Origin: a virus
UHGV virus genome: UHGV-0128395
Reading direction: 5' to 3' (one strand)
DNA: 44,690 bases
The notes beneath the pieces were generated by a model. That model was not told the origin of the DNA and searched no databases. It was given only the letters and a program-made list of their open reading frames with translations. This document shows, in pieces, positions 10,343-19,990 of this stretch. Numbering within the stretch: position 1 is the stretch's first letter; each line of letters opens with the position of its first letter. The position numbers and the translations under genes were made by a program.

Positions 10343-10376
10343 TGTAGAAAGACTGGATCAATCCACAGGAGTAATT

Positions 10377-10538
10377 ATGACAAAACGTCGTAAGAAATAC
10401 CAGGAAAAAGAAGAGATTCGACACCCTGATTCACCTGAGGGATTAGTGGTTGCCGCAGCAAATAACAGGGCGTTCGCAGAGCGCCTTGTTGGTGTTTACA
10501 GACTAGCCAAAGCAGGAGTGAAACATGGGCGTCGTTAA
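10377..10538 (+). CDS. Hypothetical small basic protein (53 aa)
   Basis: AGGAG RBS; stop overlaps start of replication gene. Confidence 0.35.
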   Translation: MTKRRKKYQEKEEIRHPDSPEGLVVAAANNRAFAERLVGVYRLAKAGVKHGRR

Positions 10539-11346
10539 GTTAGCTGATTACAGGCCTCAACTGGAGGTCGTGGAGCATCGCGTGGCAGACACCGAAGATG
10601 GTTTCATGCGCGTTGCTAACGAGATTACCGACAGTCTGCTGATGGCTGATTTAACCGTCCGGCAGTTGAAGGTGATGCTCGCTATCATGCGCAAGACATA
10701 CGGATTCAATAAGCCGATGGATCGACTCACAAACACGCAGATAGCAGCCATGACAGGTATTCATCACACTCATGTTTGCGCTGCCAAGCGCCAGCTTATT
10801 GAGCGTAAATTCCTCATTGCTGATGGCGTGAAAATCGGAGTGAACAAGGTGGTTTCGCAGTGGATTAGCCAGGACAGCTTAACATTAGCTAAAACAGCTA
10901 ATAAAACATTAGCCAAGTCGGCTAATGGGTATAAGCCAAGTCAGCTAAACACAAAAGACAATATACAAAAGACAATAAATACAAATACCCCCTTACCCCC
11001 TAACGGGGGCGGCGATGGGCAGGTTAAACCTGAACGTCGCAAGGCAGAACGCATCGACTACGAATCCTTCCTGAACGCCTACAACACCGAAGTTGGTGAC
11101 AGACTGCCACACGCTGTTGCGGTCAACGAGAAACGCAAACGCCGCCTGAAGAAAATCATCCCGCAACTGAAAACGCCAAACGTGGACGGTTTCAGAGCGT
11201 ATGTCAGGGCGTTTGTGCATCAGGCCAAGCCGTTTTACTTCGGAGACAACGACACGGGCTGGACGGCCGATTTTGATTACCTGCTGAGGGAAGACTCGTT
11301 AACGGGAGTACGGGAAGGGAAGTTTGCAGACAGGGGGATTGCATGA
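10525..11346 (+). CDS. Replication initiation protein (O/gp18-like)
   Basis: N-terminal phage replication-O-like HTH; position between cII and helicase; internal iteron-like repeats. Confidence 0.7.
   Translation: MGVVKLADYRPQLEVVEHRVADTEDGFMRVANEITDSLLMADLTVRQLKVMLAIMRKTYGFNKPMDRLTNTQIAAMTGIHHTHVCAAKRQLIERKFLIADGVKIGVNKVVSQWISQDSLTLAKTANKTLAKSANGYKPSQLNTKDNIQKTINTNTPLPPNGGGDGQVKPERRKAERIDYESFLNAYNTEVGDRLPHAVAVNEKRKRRLKKIIPQLKTPNVDGFRAYVRAFVHQAKPFYFGDNDTGWTADFDYLLREDSLTGVREGKFADRGIA
10883..10985. other. Candidate replication origin: six ~12-bp iteron-like repeats plus AT-rich tract inside the O-like gene
   Basis: CATTAGCTAAAA/CAGCTAATAAAA/CATTAGCCAAGT/CGGCTAATGGGT... then ACAAAAGACAATA x2. 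Confidence 0.35.
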
Positions 11347-12719
11347 AACAGGATATCGAAGCGAGCGTTATCGGTGGCCTGCTGATTGGTGGATTAACAC
11401 CAACCGCCAGCGACGTTCTGGCAACGCTGGAGCCGGAAGCGTTTTCAATTCCGCTCTACCGGAAAGCCTTCGAGGTTATCCGCAAGCAGGCGCGAAACAG
11501 AAACCTAATCGACGCGCTGATGGTTGCCGAGGCGTGCGGAGAGGAGCATTTCACGTCAATCCTGATGACCAGCAAAAACTGCCCGAGTGCCGCAAACCTG
11601 AAGGGATATGCCGGAATGGTCGCGGATAACTATCACCGCCGTCTGGTGCTGGAAATCATGGATGAAATGCGTGAACCAATTCAGAGCGGAACCATCGATA
11701 CATCGAGTCAGGCGATGGACGAGCTTGTAAAGCGTCTTTCAGCCATCAGAAAGCCCCGTGACGAGGTTAAACCTGTACGGTTAGGGGAAATCATTACTGA
11801 CTACACTGACACGCTTGACAGGCGTCTGAGGAACGGAGAAGAGTCAGATACCCTGAAGACCGGAATCGAAGAACTTGACGCCATCACCGGAGGGATGAAC
11901 GCGGAAGACCTGGTGATAATCGCTGCTCGTCCTGGTATGGGGAAAACCGAACTGGCGCTGAAGATTGCCGAAGGCGTTGCAAGCCGCGTTATTCCTGGTT
12001 CTGACGTCAGGCGTGGAGTATTGATTTTCTCGATGGAAATGAGCGCATTGCAGATTGCAGAGCGAAGCATCGCCAACGCCGGGAGGATGTCGGTTAGCGT
12101 GCTGCGAAATCCTGCATCGATGGATGACGAAGGCTGGGCGCGCGTTGCTAACGGCATGAGTCAGCTTGCAGATTTGGATGTATGGGTGGTCGATGCCTCG
12201 CGGTTATCGGTCGAAGAAATACGCTCAATCGCAGAACGGCACAAACAGGAAAATCCAAACCTGTCACTCATCATGGTGGATTATCTTGGCCTGATTGAGA
12301 AGCCGAAAGCAGATCGCAACGACCTCGCAATTGCTCACATCTCCGGAAGCCTGAAGGCGATGGCGAAAGACCTGAAAACGCCTGTTATCTCCCTAAGTCA
12401 GCTTTCACGCGATGTTGAGAAGCGACCAAACAAACGCCCGACAAACGCAGATTTGCGTGATTCAGGAAGCATTGAACAGGACGCAGACTCAATCATCATG
12501 CTCTATCGGGAAGCGGTATATGACGAGAACAGTAGCGCCGCGCCATTTGCTGAAATCATCGTGACGAAAAACCGTTTTGGCTCGCTTGGTACGGTTTACC
12601 AGCGGTTCTGCAACGGACACTTTGTTGCATGTGACCAGGATGAAGCCAGACAGATTTGCACAGCATCAAATGCACCCGCTGCACGTGGCAGACGATATGC
12701 ACAAGGGGCTGACGTATGA
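11343..12719 (+). CDS. DnaB-family replicative helicase
   Basis: Walker A GMGKTE and DnaB C-terminal motifs; start overlaps O-like stop. Confidence 0.9.
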   Translation: MKQDIEASVIGGLLIGGLTPTASDVLATLEPEAFSIPLYRKAFEVIRKQARNRNLIDALMVAEACGEEHFTSILMTSKNCPSAANLKGYAGMVADNYHRRLVLEIMDEMREPIQSGTIDTSSQAMDELVKRLSAIRKPRDEVKPVRLGEIITDYTDTLDRRLRNGEESDTLKTGIEELDAITGGMNAEDLVIIAARPGMGKTELALKIAEGVASRVIPGSDVRRGVLIFSMEMSALQIAERSIANAGRMSVSVLRNPASMDDEGWARVANGMSQLADLDVWVVDASRLSVEEIRSIAERHKQENPNLSLIMVDYLGLIEKPKADRNDLAIAHISGSLKAMAKDLKTPVISLSQLSRDVEKRPNKRPTNADLRDSGSIEQDADSIIMLYREAVYDENSSAAPFAEIIVTKNRFGSLGTVYQRFCNGHFVACDQDEARQICTASNAPAARGRRYAQGADV

Positions 12720-12744
12720 CCATCTACATCACTGAGCTAATAAC

Positions 12745-12776
12745 AGGCCTGCTGGTAATCGCAGGCCTTTTTATTT
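12745..12776 (+). terminator. tR2-like rho-independent terminator
   Basis: AGGCCTGC-N8-GCAGGCCT then TTTTATTT. Confidence 0.55.
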
Positions 12777-12792
12777 GGGGGAGAGGGAAGTC

Positions 12793-13233
12793 ATGAAAAA
12801 ACTAACCTTTGAAATTCGATCTCCAGCACATCAGCAAAACGCTATTCACGCGGTACAGCAAATCCTTCCAGACCCAACCAAACCAATCGTAGTAACCATT
12901 CAGGAGCGCAACCGCAGCTTAGACCAGAATCGGAAGCTTTGGGCTTGTCTTGGTGACGTTTCGCGTCAGGTTGAATGGCATGGTCGCTGGCTGGATGCAG
13001 AAAGCTGGAAGTGTGTGTTTACCGCAGCATTAAAGCAGCAGGACGTTGTTCCTAACCTTGCCGGGAATGGCTTTGTGGTAATAGGCCAGTCAACCAGCAG
13101 GATGCGTGTAAATGAATTTGCGGAGCTATTAGAGCTTATACAGGCATTCGGTACAGAGCGTGGCGTTAAGTGGTCAGACGAAGCGCGACTGGCTCTCGAA
13201 TGGAAAGCGCGATGGGGAGATCGGGCTGCATGA
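12793..13233 (+). CDS. ninB: NinB recombination protein
   Basis: MKKLTFEIRSPAHQQNAIHAVQQILPDPTKP... matches recalled lambda NinB. Confidence 0.85.
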   Translation: MKKLTFEIRSPAHQQNAIHAVQQILPDPTKPIVVTIQERNRSLDQNRKLWACLGDVSRQVEWHGRWLDAESWKCVFTAALKQQDVVPNLAGNGFVVIGQSTSRMRVNEFAELLELIQAFGTERGVKWSDEARLALEWKARWGDRAA

Positions 13234-13757
13234 CTATCAAATCAAATACGCCAGCACACGACAAGGACTGCTGGCAAACGCCGCTTTGGCTTTTTGATGC
13301 ACTGGATATTGAGTTTGGATTCTGGCTGGATTCGGCAGCGAGCGACAAAAATGCTCTGTGCGCTCACTGGCTAACTGAGGACGACGACGCGCTCAATTCT
13401 GAGTGGGTAAGCCACGGTGCAATCTGGAATAACCCACCGTACAGCAATATCAGGCCGTGGGTGGAAAAAGCCGCTGAGCAGTGTATACAACAGCGACAGA
13501 CGGTAGTGATGCTTGTGCCAGAGGATATGTCTGTCGGATGGTTCAGCAAGGCTCTGGAGAGTGTTGACGAAGTTCGTATTATCACTGATGGACGGATTAA
13601 TTTTATCGAACCATCGACAGGGCTGGAGAAGAAGGGAAACAGCAAAGGCTCCATGCTGCTGATTTGGCGACCGTTCATCAGTCCTCGACGGATGTTTACT
13701 ACCGTATCCAAAGCGGCATTGATGGCGATCGGGCAGGGCGTCAGGAGGGCTGCATGA
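13230..13757 (+). CDS. Phage Dam-type DNA N6-adenine methyltransferase
   Basis: [10 protein letters not shown] and NPPY motifs; ATGA overlap with ninB. Confidence 0.75.
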   Translation: MTIKSNTPAHDKDCWQTPLWLFDALDIEFGFWLDSAASDKNALCAHWLTEDDDALNSEWVSHGAIWNNPPYSNIRPWVEKAAEQCIQQRQTVVMLVPEDMSVGWFSKALESVDEVRIITDGRINFIEPSTGLEKKGNSKGSMLLIWRPFISPRRMFTTVSKAALMAIGQGVRRAA

Positions 13758-13930
13758 GACGACAGCGACGAAGCATCACCGACATAATCTGCGAAAACTG
13801 CAAATACCTTCCAACGAAACGCTCCAGAAATAAACGCAAGCTAATCCCAAAAGAATCTGACGTAAAAACCTTCAATTACACAGCCCACCTGTGGGATATC
13901 CGGTGGCTAAGATATCGTGCGAGGAAATGA
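13754..13930 (+). CDS. ninE: NinE
   Basis: [23 protein letters not shown]... matches recalled NinE. Confidence 0.75.
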   Translation: MRRQRRSITDIICENCKYLPTKRSRNKRKLIPKESDVKTFNYTAHLWDIRWLRYRARK

Positions 13931-14274
13931 CAATGGATTATTCACAGTTAAGTGATTTTGAAATTAACAGAATGGTAGGAGACATAATTTTTAAAGGCCT
14001 TTGGGCAAGTAAACCGGAAACATCAGGGAATAACACCAACAAATGGTATTACGGAAATGCTGATACAACTTTTGAGCCATTAAATCATTTGCCTGACTAC
14101 TGCAATGATCCGAGCGCTTCATGGCCGATTATTGAGAAATACAGGATTTCTATCTTAGACCAGTTAACTGAATGGTGTGTGGATGCAAAAGGCGTAAGCC
14201 CAATATTTGATACCAGACCTCTCCGCGCCGCCATGATTGTCTTTCTCCTGATGCAGGAGGCCAATAATGCTTAG
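13927..14274 (+). CDS. NinX-like protein
   Basis: Position and size after ninE; ATGA coupling. Confidence 0.45.
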   Translation: MTMDYSQLSDFEINRMVGDIIFKGLWASKPETSGNNTNKWYYGNADTTFEPLNHLPDYCNDPSASWPIIEKYRISILDQLTEWCVDAKGVSPIFDTRPLRAAMIVFLLMQEANNA

Positions 14275-14461
14275 CCCATCTCAATCCCTTCAATACCTGA
14301 AAGAAAGCATAGAGCGGGCTTCAATGTGCACAGAGTGGATTCTATCTAGGTTTAGCGCATACAGAAGATTGCCGGTAAAGGGCATGCCAAGCAAGTCGAT
14401 GCTGCATATGCAAAAGAATGCGCGCTGGAAGGTATGGCGAGAACACAGGTTATGTGGCTGA
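14267..14461 (+). CDS. NinF-like protein with diverged C-terminus
   Basis: First ~12 aa [12 protein letters not shown] match NinF, remainder lacks the Cys cluster. Confidence 0.4.
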   Translation: MLSPSQSLQYLKESIERASMCTEWILSRFSAYRRLPVKGMPSKSMLHMQKNARWKVWREHRLCG

Positions 14462-14480
14462 AAGAGGGGGTTATTAAGGC

Positions 14481-14843
14481 GTGAATACCTACAGCATCAC
14501 ATTACCCTGGCCTCCGAGCAATAATCGCTATTACCGCCATAATCGCGGGCGCACGCACGTCAGCGCAGAGGGGCAGGCATACCGCGATAACGTCGCCCGA
14601 ATCATTAAAAACGCAATGCTGGATATCGGCCTGGCTATGCCTGTGAAAATCCGCATTGAGTGCCACATGCCGGATCGCCGTCGCCGTGACCTGGATAATC
14701 TGCAAAAAGCCGCTTTTGACGCACTCACTAAAGCAGGTTTCTGGCTGGATGATGCTCAGGTCGTTGATTACCGCGTTGTGAAGATGCCTGTTACCAAAGG
14801 TGGGAGGCTGGAACTGACCATCACCGAAATGGGGAATGAATGA
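14481..14843 (+). CDS. rusA: RusA Holliday-junction resolvase
   Basis: [23 protein letters not shown]... matches recalled RusA; GTG start. Confidence 0.85.
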   Translation: MNTYSITLPWPPSNNRYYRHNRGRTHVSAEGQAYRDNVARIIKNAMLDIGLAMPVKIRIECHMPDRRRRDLDNLQKAAFDALTKAGFWLDDAQVVDYRVVKMPVTKGGRLELTITEMGNE

Positions 14844-14980
14844 TGTTTGAGTTTAATATGGCAGAACTTCTTCGCCACCGCTGGGGGCGTCTGCGCTTAT
14901 ATCGTTTCCTCGGTTCTGTTTTGACCGATTACCGAATACTGAAGAATTACGCCAAAACCCTGACAGGAACAGGAGTATGA
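14843..14980 (+). CDS. ylcG: YlcG-like small protein (45 aa)
   Basis: ORF overlapping rusA stop (TGATG); position as in DLP12. Confidence 0.4.
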   Translation: MFEFNMAELLRHRWGRLRLYRFLGSVLTDYRILKNYAKTLTGTGV

Positions 14981-15065
14981 AGTCAGAGATAACAATCAAC
15001 TAATACTGTTTTGTTGATTTTTGCTTGTAATTGGCGTTCTGGTCTGATTTTTGTGGAGTAAGTTG

Positions 15066-15449
15066 ATGCGTGATATTCAGATGGTTCTTGAGCGTTGGGG
15101 TGCGTGGGCGGCTAATAATCATGAAGATGTGACCTGGTCGTCCATTGCCGCCGGTTTTAAGGGATTAATTCCTTCAAAAGTAAAATCTCGCCCGCAATGT
15201 TGTGACGATGACGCGATGATCATTTGCGGGTGCATGGCCCGTCTGAAAAAGAACAACAGCGATTTACACGATTTATTAGTAGATTATTATGTATGTGGTA
15301 TGACATTCATGTCACTGGCAAGTAAGCATTGCTGCTCGGATGGTTATATCGGGAAAAGGTTACAGAAGGCTGAGGGCATAATTGAAGGGATGTTAATGGC
15401 ATTAGATATCCGGTTAGATATGGATATCGTTGCTAATAATTCTAATTGA
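15066..15449 (+). CDS. Late-gene antiterminator Q (QuuD/phage 82 type)
   Basis: [18 protein letters not shown]... Cys-rich; position after rusA and before lysis genes. Confidence 0.75.
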   Translation: MRDIQMVLERWGAWAANNHEDVTWSSIAAGFKGLIPSKVKSRPQCCDDDAMIICGCMARLKKNNSDLHDLLVDYYVCGMTFMSLASKHCCSDGYIGKRLQKAEGIIEGMLMALDIRLDMDIVANNSN

Positions 15450-15470
15450 TATGCAATTGTTTACTAAAAG

Positions 15471-15499
15471 TTATTAAAAATGGGGCGTGGAAACGCCCC
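15471..15499 (-). terminator. Candidate terminator for porin gene (minus strand)
   Basis: GGGGCG-N6-CGCCCC followed by U-rich tract on minus strand. Confidence 0.4.
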
Positions 15500-15586
15500 C
15501 AAAATAAAGGGTAATATATAACAGAAGGTTTATATAGTAAGAAGCAAGGTAGTGCTTCTAAAGGAAGTGGCTTGAGGGCTCCACTT

Positions 15587-15628
15587 ATATGTTGCGGAGG
15601 CAAAGCCTCCCGCAACATATCTTTTTCG
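15587..15628 (+). terminator. Rho-independent terminator ending the Q operon
   Basis: 14-bp stem ATATGTTGCGGAGG / CCTCCCGCAACATAT then CTTTTT. Confidence 0.45.
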
Positions 15629-15637
15629 TAAGTCAGA

Positions 15638-16720
15638 TTAGAACTGATAAACCAGACCTACAGCGACGATGTCGTCGGTATCAATACCAGCTGTTTTGGT
15701 AAACTTACTATCGTCAATTAAGTTGATTTTGTAATCAACAAAAGTGGACATGTTTTTATTAAAGTAGTAAGTAGCACCGACATCGACATACTTGACTAAG
15801 TCTCGGTCACCATGAACACCAAGGTCTTTACCTTTTGACTGAAGGTAAGCAACAGATGGACGCAGACCGAAGTCAAACTGATATTGTGCTACTGCTTCAA
15901 AGTTTTGTGCTTTGTTTGCAATATGGTTATTACCAAAAACGGTCATATTCTGAGTTTCAGAATATGTGGTAGCCAGATAGATATTGTTCGCATCATATTT
16001 CAGGCCTGCAGCCCATACTTCCGCATTTTTGCCGGAGGCATTGAATTTGCTCTTACCATAGGCGACCTGACCGTCAGTGCGATCTGATTTAGCATAGGTT
16101 GCACCCACGCCGAATCCTTCATACTCATAAGTAGTGGAGAAACCGAAACCATCACCATTGGCTTCAGTTACGTCAGTGCGGTCATTTTTACCCTGATACT
16201 GAGCAGCAAAGTTCAGGCCATCGACCAGACCAAAGAAGTCGTTGTTACGATAAGTTGCAACACCAGTAGTGCGACCAGTCATGAACACATCTGTTTGGGT
16301 CCAGGTATCACCACCGAATTCTGGCAGAACGTCAGTCCACGCACCGATGTCGTATGCTACACCGTAGTTACGGCCGTAATCGATTGAGCCGTAATCACCA
16401 AATTTCAGGCCTGCAAATGCAAGACGGGTTTTGTCTTTGGAAGAACCTTGAGATTCAGCACGGTTGCCTTTGAATTCATATTCCCACTGACCGAAACCAG
16501 TCAGTTGATCGTTGATTTGGGTTTCACCTTTGAAGCCAAGACGGGCATAAGTAGTATCACCATCATCTGCATCATTAGAGGAGAAGTAGTGCTTGGCATT
16601 AACTTTCCCGTATAGATCCAGCTTGTTACTGTCTTTATTATAAATTTCAGCTGCCTGAGCAGACATCGCCATCAGTACTGATGCAGCTACAGCAGAAATT
16701 GCCACTGTTAATTTTTTCAT
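15638..16720 (-). CDS. Phage-encoded general porin (NmpC/Lc/OmpC family), lysogenic-conversion moron
   Basis: Signal peptide [23 protein letters not shown], porin body ending YQF; ATG 16720. Confidence 0.85.
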   Translation of the reverse strand: MKKLTVAISAVAASVLMAMSAQAAEIYNKDSNKLDLYGKVNAKHYFSSNDADDGDTTYARLGFKGETQINDQLTGFGQWEYEFKGNRAESQGSSKDKTRLAFAGLKFGDYGSIDYGRNYGVAYDIGAWTDVLPEFGGDTWTQTDVFMTGRTTGVATYRNNDFFGLVDGLNFAAQYQGKNDRTDVTEANGDGFGFSTTYEYEGFGVGATYAKSDRTDGQVAYGKSKFNASGKNAEVWAAGLKYDANNIYLATTYSETQNMTVFGNNHIANKAQNFEAVAQYQFDFGLRPSVAYLQSKGKDLGVHGDRDLVKYVDVGATYYFNKNMSTFVDYKINLIDDSKFTKTAGIDTDDIVAVGLVYQF

Positions 16721-17088
16721 TGTACGCCCTTTTTTTGAACTTTTATTAAAAAATGATGTCACTGCGCGATAAATATTCATCTAATCAATGTGATTATTTC
16801 AAGATGTAAGTTTTAGTTTCTCATTTAATTTGTGAAGTAGATCTCTATTTTTATCTGAACCTTTTCTATCTAATCCTATTCATGGCTCTTGTCTGAACAA
16901 AAATAAATCTATTAGCTAATTTATATTAATGGCACTTATTTATAAGTGCTCTATAATTCTTTAGCTTAATTTAAACAAACTAAAAATAACATCGGAAATT
17001 ATTAACTGGTTATTTGTTGAAGTTTTCTTATGCATTTGTGGTGGTGTTTTGAACACTCGGTGGCATTCTCACAAATATCATTTAGTAG

Positions 17089-17116
17089 TTTACGTACGTA
17101 AAAAATTGGTTATGCT
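17089..17116 (+). promoter_or_regulatory. Candidate late promoter PR' (TTTACG-N16-TATGCT)
   Basis: Sigma70-like hexamers ~30 bp upstream of tR'-like terminator. Confidence 0.25.
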
Positions 17117-17146
17117 GTTAAGAGTGGTTACTTCGTCACACAGCTT

Positions 17147-17179
17147 AAACCCGCCGTCGAGCGGGTTTTTCCATTTTTT
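17147..17179 (+). terminator. tR'-like rho-independent terminator upstream of lysis genes
   Basis: AAACCCGC-N6-GCGGGTTT followed by T-run. Confidence 0.55.
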
Positions 17180-17308
17180 GAGTCTCGATATTAGCTGATA
17201 ACCCAATACCTGAGTTATTCACTGACTCCGAATCTGTTACGTTTCTGCCTTTATTGCGATACGTAGTATCCCCTTAATTTACACCCGCTTTGTCTGCGAG
17301 GTGGGGTT

Positions 17309-17524
17309 ATGAAATCCATGGATAAGTTAACAACGGGTGTCGCCTATGGTACCTCAGCAGGTAGTGCCGGGTACTGGTTTTTACAGTTGCTCGATAAAGT
17401 CACGCCCTCACAGTGGGCGGCAATAGGTGTGCTGGGTAGCCTGGTATTTGGCCTGCTGACGTACCTGACAAACCTTTATTTCAAGATTAAAGAAGATAAG
17501 CGCAAGGCTGCGAGAGGTGAATAA
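17309..17524 (+). CDS. Class II holin (S21-type pinholin), dual-start motif MKSM
   Basis: [26 protein letters not shown]... matches recalled phage 21 S. Confidence 0.8.
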
Positions 17525-18021
17525 TGCCTCCATCATTACGAAAAGCCGTTGCTGCTGCTATTGGTGGCGGAGCAATTGCTATAGCATCAGTGTTAATCAC
17601 TGGCCCAAGTGGTAACGATGGTCTGGAAGGTGTCAGCTACATACCATACAAAGATATTGTTGGTGTATGGACTGTATGTCACGGACACACCGGAAAAGAC
17701 ATCATGCTCGGTAAAACGTATACCGAAGCAGAATGCAAAGCCCTCCTGAATAAAGACCTTGCCACGGTCGCCAGACAAATTAACCCGTACATCAAAGTCG
17801 ATATACCGGAAACAACGCGCGGCGCTCTTTACTCGTTCGTCTACAACGTGGGGGCTGGCAATTTCAGAACATCGACGCTTCTTCGCAAAATCAACCAGGG
17901 CGATATCAAGGGCGCATGTGACCAGCTGCGTCGCTGGACATACGCTGGCGGTAAGCAATGGAAAGGGCTGATGACCCGTCGCGATATTGAGCGTGAAGTC
18001 TGTTTGTGGGGGCAGCAATGA
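17524..18021 (+). CDS. SAR endolysin (lysozyme with N-terminal signal-anchor-release domain)
   Basis: Gly/Ala-rich N-terminal TM then lysozyme domain; TAATG overlap with holin. Confidence 0.85.
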   Translation: MPPSLRKAVAAAIGGGAIAIASVLITGPSGNDGLEGVSYIPYKDIVGVWTVCHGHTGKDIMLGKTYTEAECKALLNKDLATVARQINPYIKVDIPETTRGALYSFVYNVGAGNFRTSTLLRKINQGDIKGACDQLRRWTYAGGKQWKGLMTRRDIEREVCLWGQQ

Positions 18022-18455
18022 GCAGGTTAACCGCGATTATCTCCGCTCTGGTTATCTGCATCATCGTCTGTCTGTCATGGGCTGTTAATCATTACCGTGA
18101 TAACGCCATTACCTACAAAGAGCAGCGCGATAAGGCCACATCCACAATCGCTGATATGCAGAAGCGTCAACGTGATGTAGCAGAACTCGATGCCAGATAT
18201 ACAAAGGAGCTTGCTGATGCTAACGCGACTATCGAAAGTCTCCGTGCTGATATTTCTGCTGGTCGTAAGCGCCTGCAAGTCGCTGCCACCTGTGCAAAGT
18301 CAACGACCGGAGCCAGCAGCATGGGCGATGGAGAAAGCCCAAGACTTACAGCAGATGCTGAACTCAATTATTACCGTCTACGAAGTGGAATCGACAGAAT
18401 AACCGCGCAGGTTAACTACCTGCAGGAGTACATCAGGGCGCAATGCCTTCGATGA
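18018..18455 (+). CDS. rz: Rz i-spanin
   Basis: N-terminal TM plus coiled coil; ATGA overlap with endolysin. Confidence 0.75.
   Translation: MSRLTAIISALVICIIVCLSWAVNHYRDNAITYKEQRDKATSTIADMQKRQRDVAELDARYTKELADANATIESLRADISAGRKRLQVAATCAKSTTGASSMGDGESPRLTADAELNYYRLRSGIDRITAQVNYLQEYIRAQCLR
18217..18402 (+). CDS. rz1: Rz1 o-spanin lipoprotein, embedded in +1 frame of Rz
   Basis: AAGGAG RBS; lipobox LVVSAC; Pro-rich. Confidence 0.65.
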   Translation: MLTRLSKVSVLIFLLVVSACKSLPPVQSQRPEPAAWAMEKAQDLQQMLNSIITVYEVESTE

Positions 18456-18630
18456 TAACGATAATTTTACTCATCATCCTTCACATCTGGCTCTGTAGAC
18501 AGGGTGGTGATCACTTCTGGAGTGAATCCAGATTAAACATCTCATTGCTGATGCTTGATATTGAGCATCTGGCGCGCGGTAAGGGGCTGCGTTGAGATAA
18601 GAGCCAGTCATCACAAACACCAGGATTTAG

Positions 18631-18653
18631 CCTCGCATTCGCGGGGTTTTTTT
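18631..18653 (+). terminator. Rho-independent terminator after lysis cassette
   Basis: CCTCGC-ATTC-GCGGGG then T7. Confidence 0.5.
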
Positions 18654-18677
18654 ATTCCCAACTCCATAGGTAATTTT

Positions 18678-19157
18678 ATGACCCAGCATATTGGCGTAAA
18701 ACTGATTAACGCCTTTCCGATGACGAGACAGGCATATAACGATTTTCGTGGCTGGCAGCTTCCTGCCGGAGAAAACGGCGAGGACGAAGGCTATCTGGTT
18801 GAATATCTGGATGGCGGAAAACCTAACACCGATCGCTTTGATGGCTACGTTAGCTGGAGTCCAAAAGAAGTATTCGAAAAGGCTTATCGTCCGGTATCAG
18901 GGCTAAGTTTCGGCCTTGCCATGGAAGCGTTAAAACAGGGCAAAAGTTTGCAGCGGGCAGGATGGAATGGGAAAGATCAGTTTGTTTATCTCGTGAAAGG
19001 AGAAAAATTAGCGTCTGCGTTGGGTTATGGCTTTGGCGAATATGTTGGCGAGCCAACTTTCAATGACACGCTTGTATTGAAAAACTCACAGAACCGCCTT
19101 GCTACATGGGCTCCATCCATTGGCGACCTGATGGCTGAAGACTGGCAAATCATTTAA
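18678..19157 (+). CDS. Accessory protein with DUF2829-like C-terminal domain (160 aa)
   Basis: C-terminal GWNGKDQFVYLV...WAPSIGDLMAEDWQI resembles DUF2829; track ORF start at 18555 spans the terminator. Confidence 0.5.
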   Translation: MTQHIGVKLINAFPMTRQAYNDFRGWQLPAGENGEDEGYLVEYLDGGKPNTDRFDGYVSWSPKEVFEKAYRPVSGLSFGLAMEALKQGKSLQRAGWNGKDQFVYLVKGEKLASALGYGFGEYVGEPTFNDTLVLKNSQNRLATWAPSIGDLMAEDWQII

Positions 19158-19432
19158 CCATGTAGGCATTACAAAGCCTATACCTTAATGATCACGATAT
19201 TGAAGTAATGGACCGCCAAACGAAGAGAGATATCCTATCACATAACAAATCGTTGCAGGAGAACTGCAAATTATAAATTAGCGAAGATCATGCAATGGAA
19301 AAAAATGAATGTTCGAACTGATAAAGAATTAATGTCTTCAGTTAAGAAAGAGGACGTTTCTCATTTAAAGAAAATTAAGCGATGCAATGAGTACCATTTC
19401 AAAAAGCCGGGTGTTAAACCCGACCTGAATAA

Positions 19433-19966
19433 TCATTCCAGCGGTTCTACTGGATCTGTCTTTGCTCGTGATGCGAATTGAATGAGCGCCAAAAGAGCCG
19501 AACGCATTTTTACATACTCTCTGCTTTTTACAACCTCTGACATATGCTCAGTGACATTAATATTGGCTGAGCAATACCCTTCCTTTGTTGGAACCGATAT
19601 TTCCACTTTCATACCTTGATCTATCAGGCCACCCAAAATTCGCAGAGGCTCTGGTTCGATCAAAGCAGATACGCGGTTTTTGTCTACGGGTTGAAAGCAG
19701 AGTGATGATCCATCATAACGGATTAGAACTCCACTCCGATCAGGACGCATCTCTGGTCCTATATCCAGAATTCGCCATCCGCAATACCAAGTGCGGCAAA
19801 CAGAAGGGCGTTCATCATAAATTGCACATCCTCCCTGATGTTTAAGGTGCTGGCATGGGATGTCAGCCAACTTTTTTAACGTTGGCTGTTCAATTCGTAG
19901 CGAAGTGCAGCACACAGAGCATGAACCGCACTTTCTGTTTTTGATTAGTAATTTTTCTAAACTCAT
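19433..19966 (-). CDS. CxxCxxCC-domain (YkgJ/PF03692-like) metal-binding protein
   Basis: CGSCSVCC ... GGCAIYDERPSVCRTWYCGW; opposite strand to flanking late genes. Confidence 0.6.
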   Translation of the reverse strand: MSLEKLLIKNRKCGSCSVCCTSLRIEQPTLKKLADIPCQHLKHQGGCAIYDERPSVCRTWYCGWRILDIGPEMRPDRSGVLIRYDGSSLCFQPVDKNRVSALIEPEPLRILGGLIDQGMKVEISVPTKEGYCSANINVTEHMSEVVKSREYVKMRSALLALIQFASRAKTDPVEPLE

Positions 19967-19990
19967 TGGGCATCTCCCAAAGGTAATTAA

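Noticed and set aside
15638..16780. Porin considered as chromosomal ompC/ompF marking a prophage boundary
   Set aside because: It lies between Q and the lysis cassette, well inside the att-bounded element, so it is a phage moron.
16781..17088. Possible tRNA genes between Q and the lysis genes
   Set aside because: No cloverleaf-compatible sequence or T-arm-like GTTCGA motif found; the region is AT-rich and non-coding.
18555..18677. N-terminal extension of the DUF2829-like ORF
   Set aside because: Would be translated across the lysis-cassette terminator hairpin; the ATG at 18678 is preferred.
19290..19481. 63-aa Lys-rich plus-strand ORF
   Set aside because: Low-complexity AT-rich sequence that overlaps the 3' end and terminator hairpin of the convergent CxxCxxCC gene; no convincing RBS.
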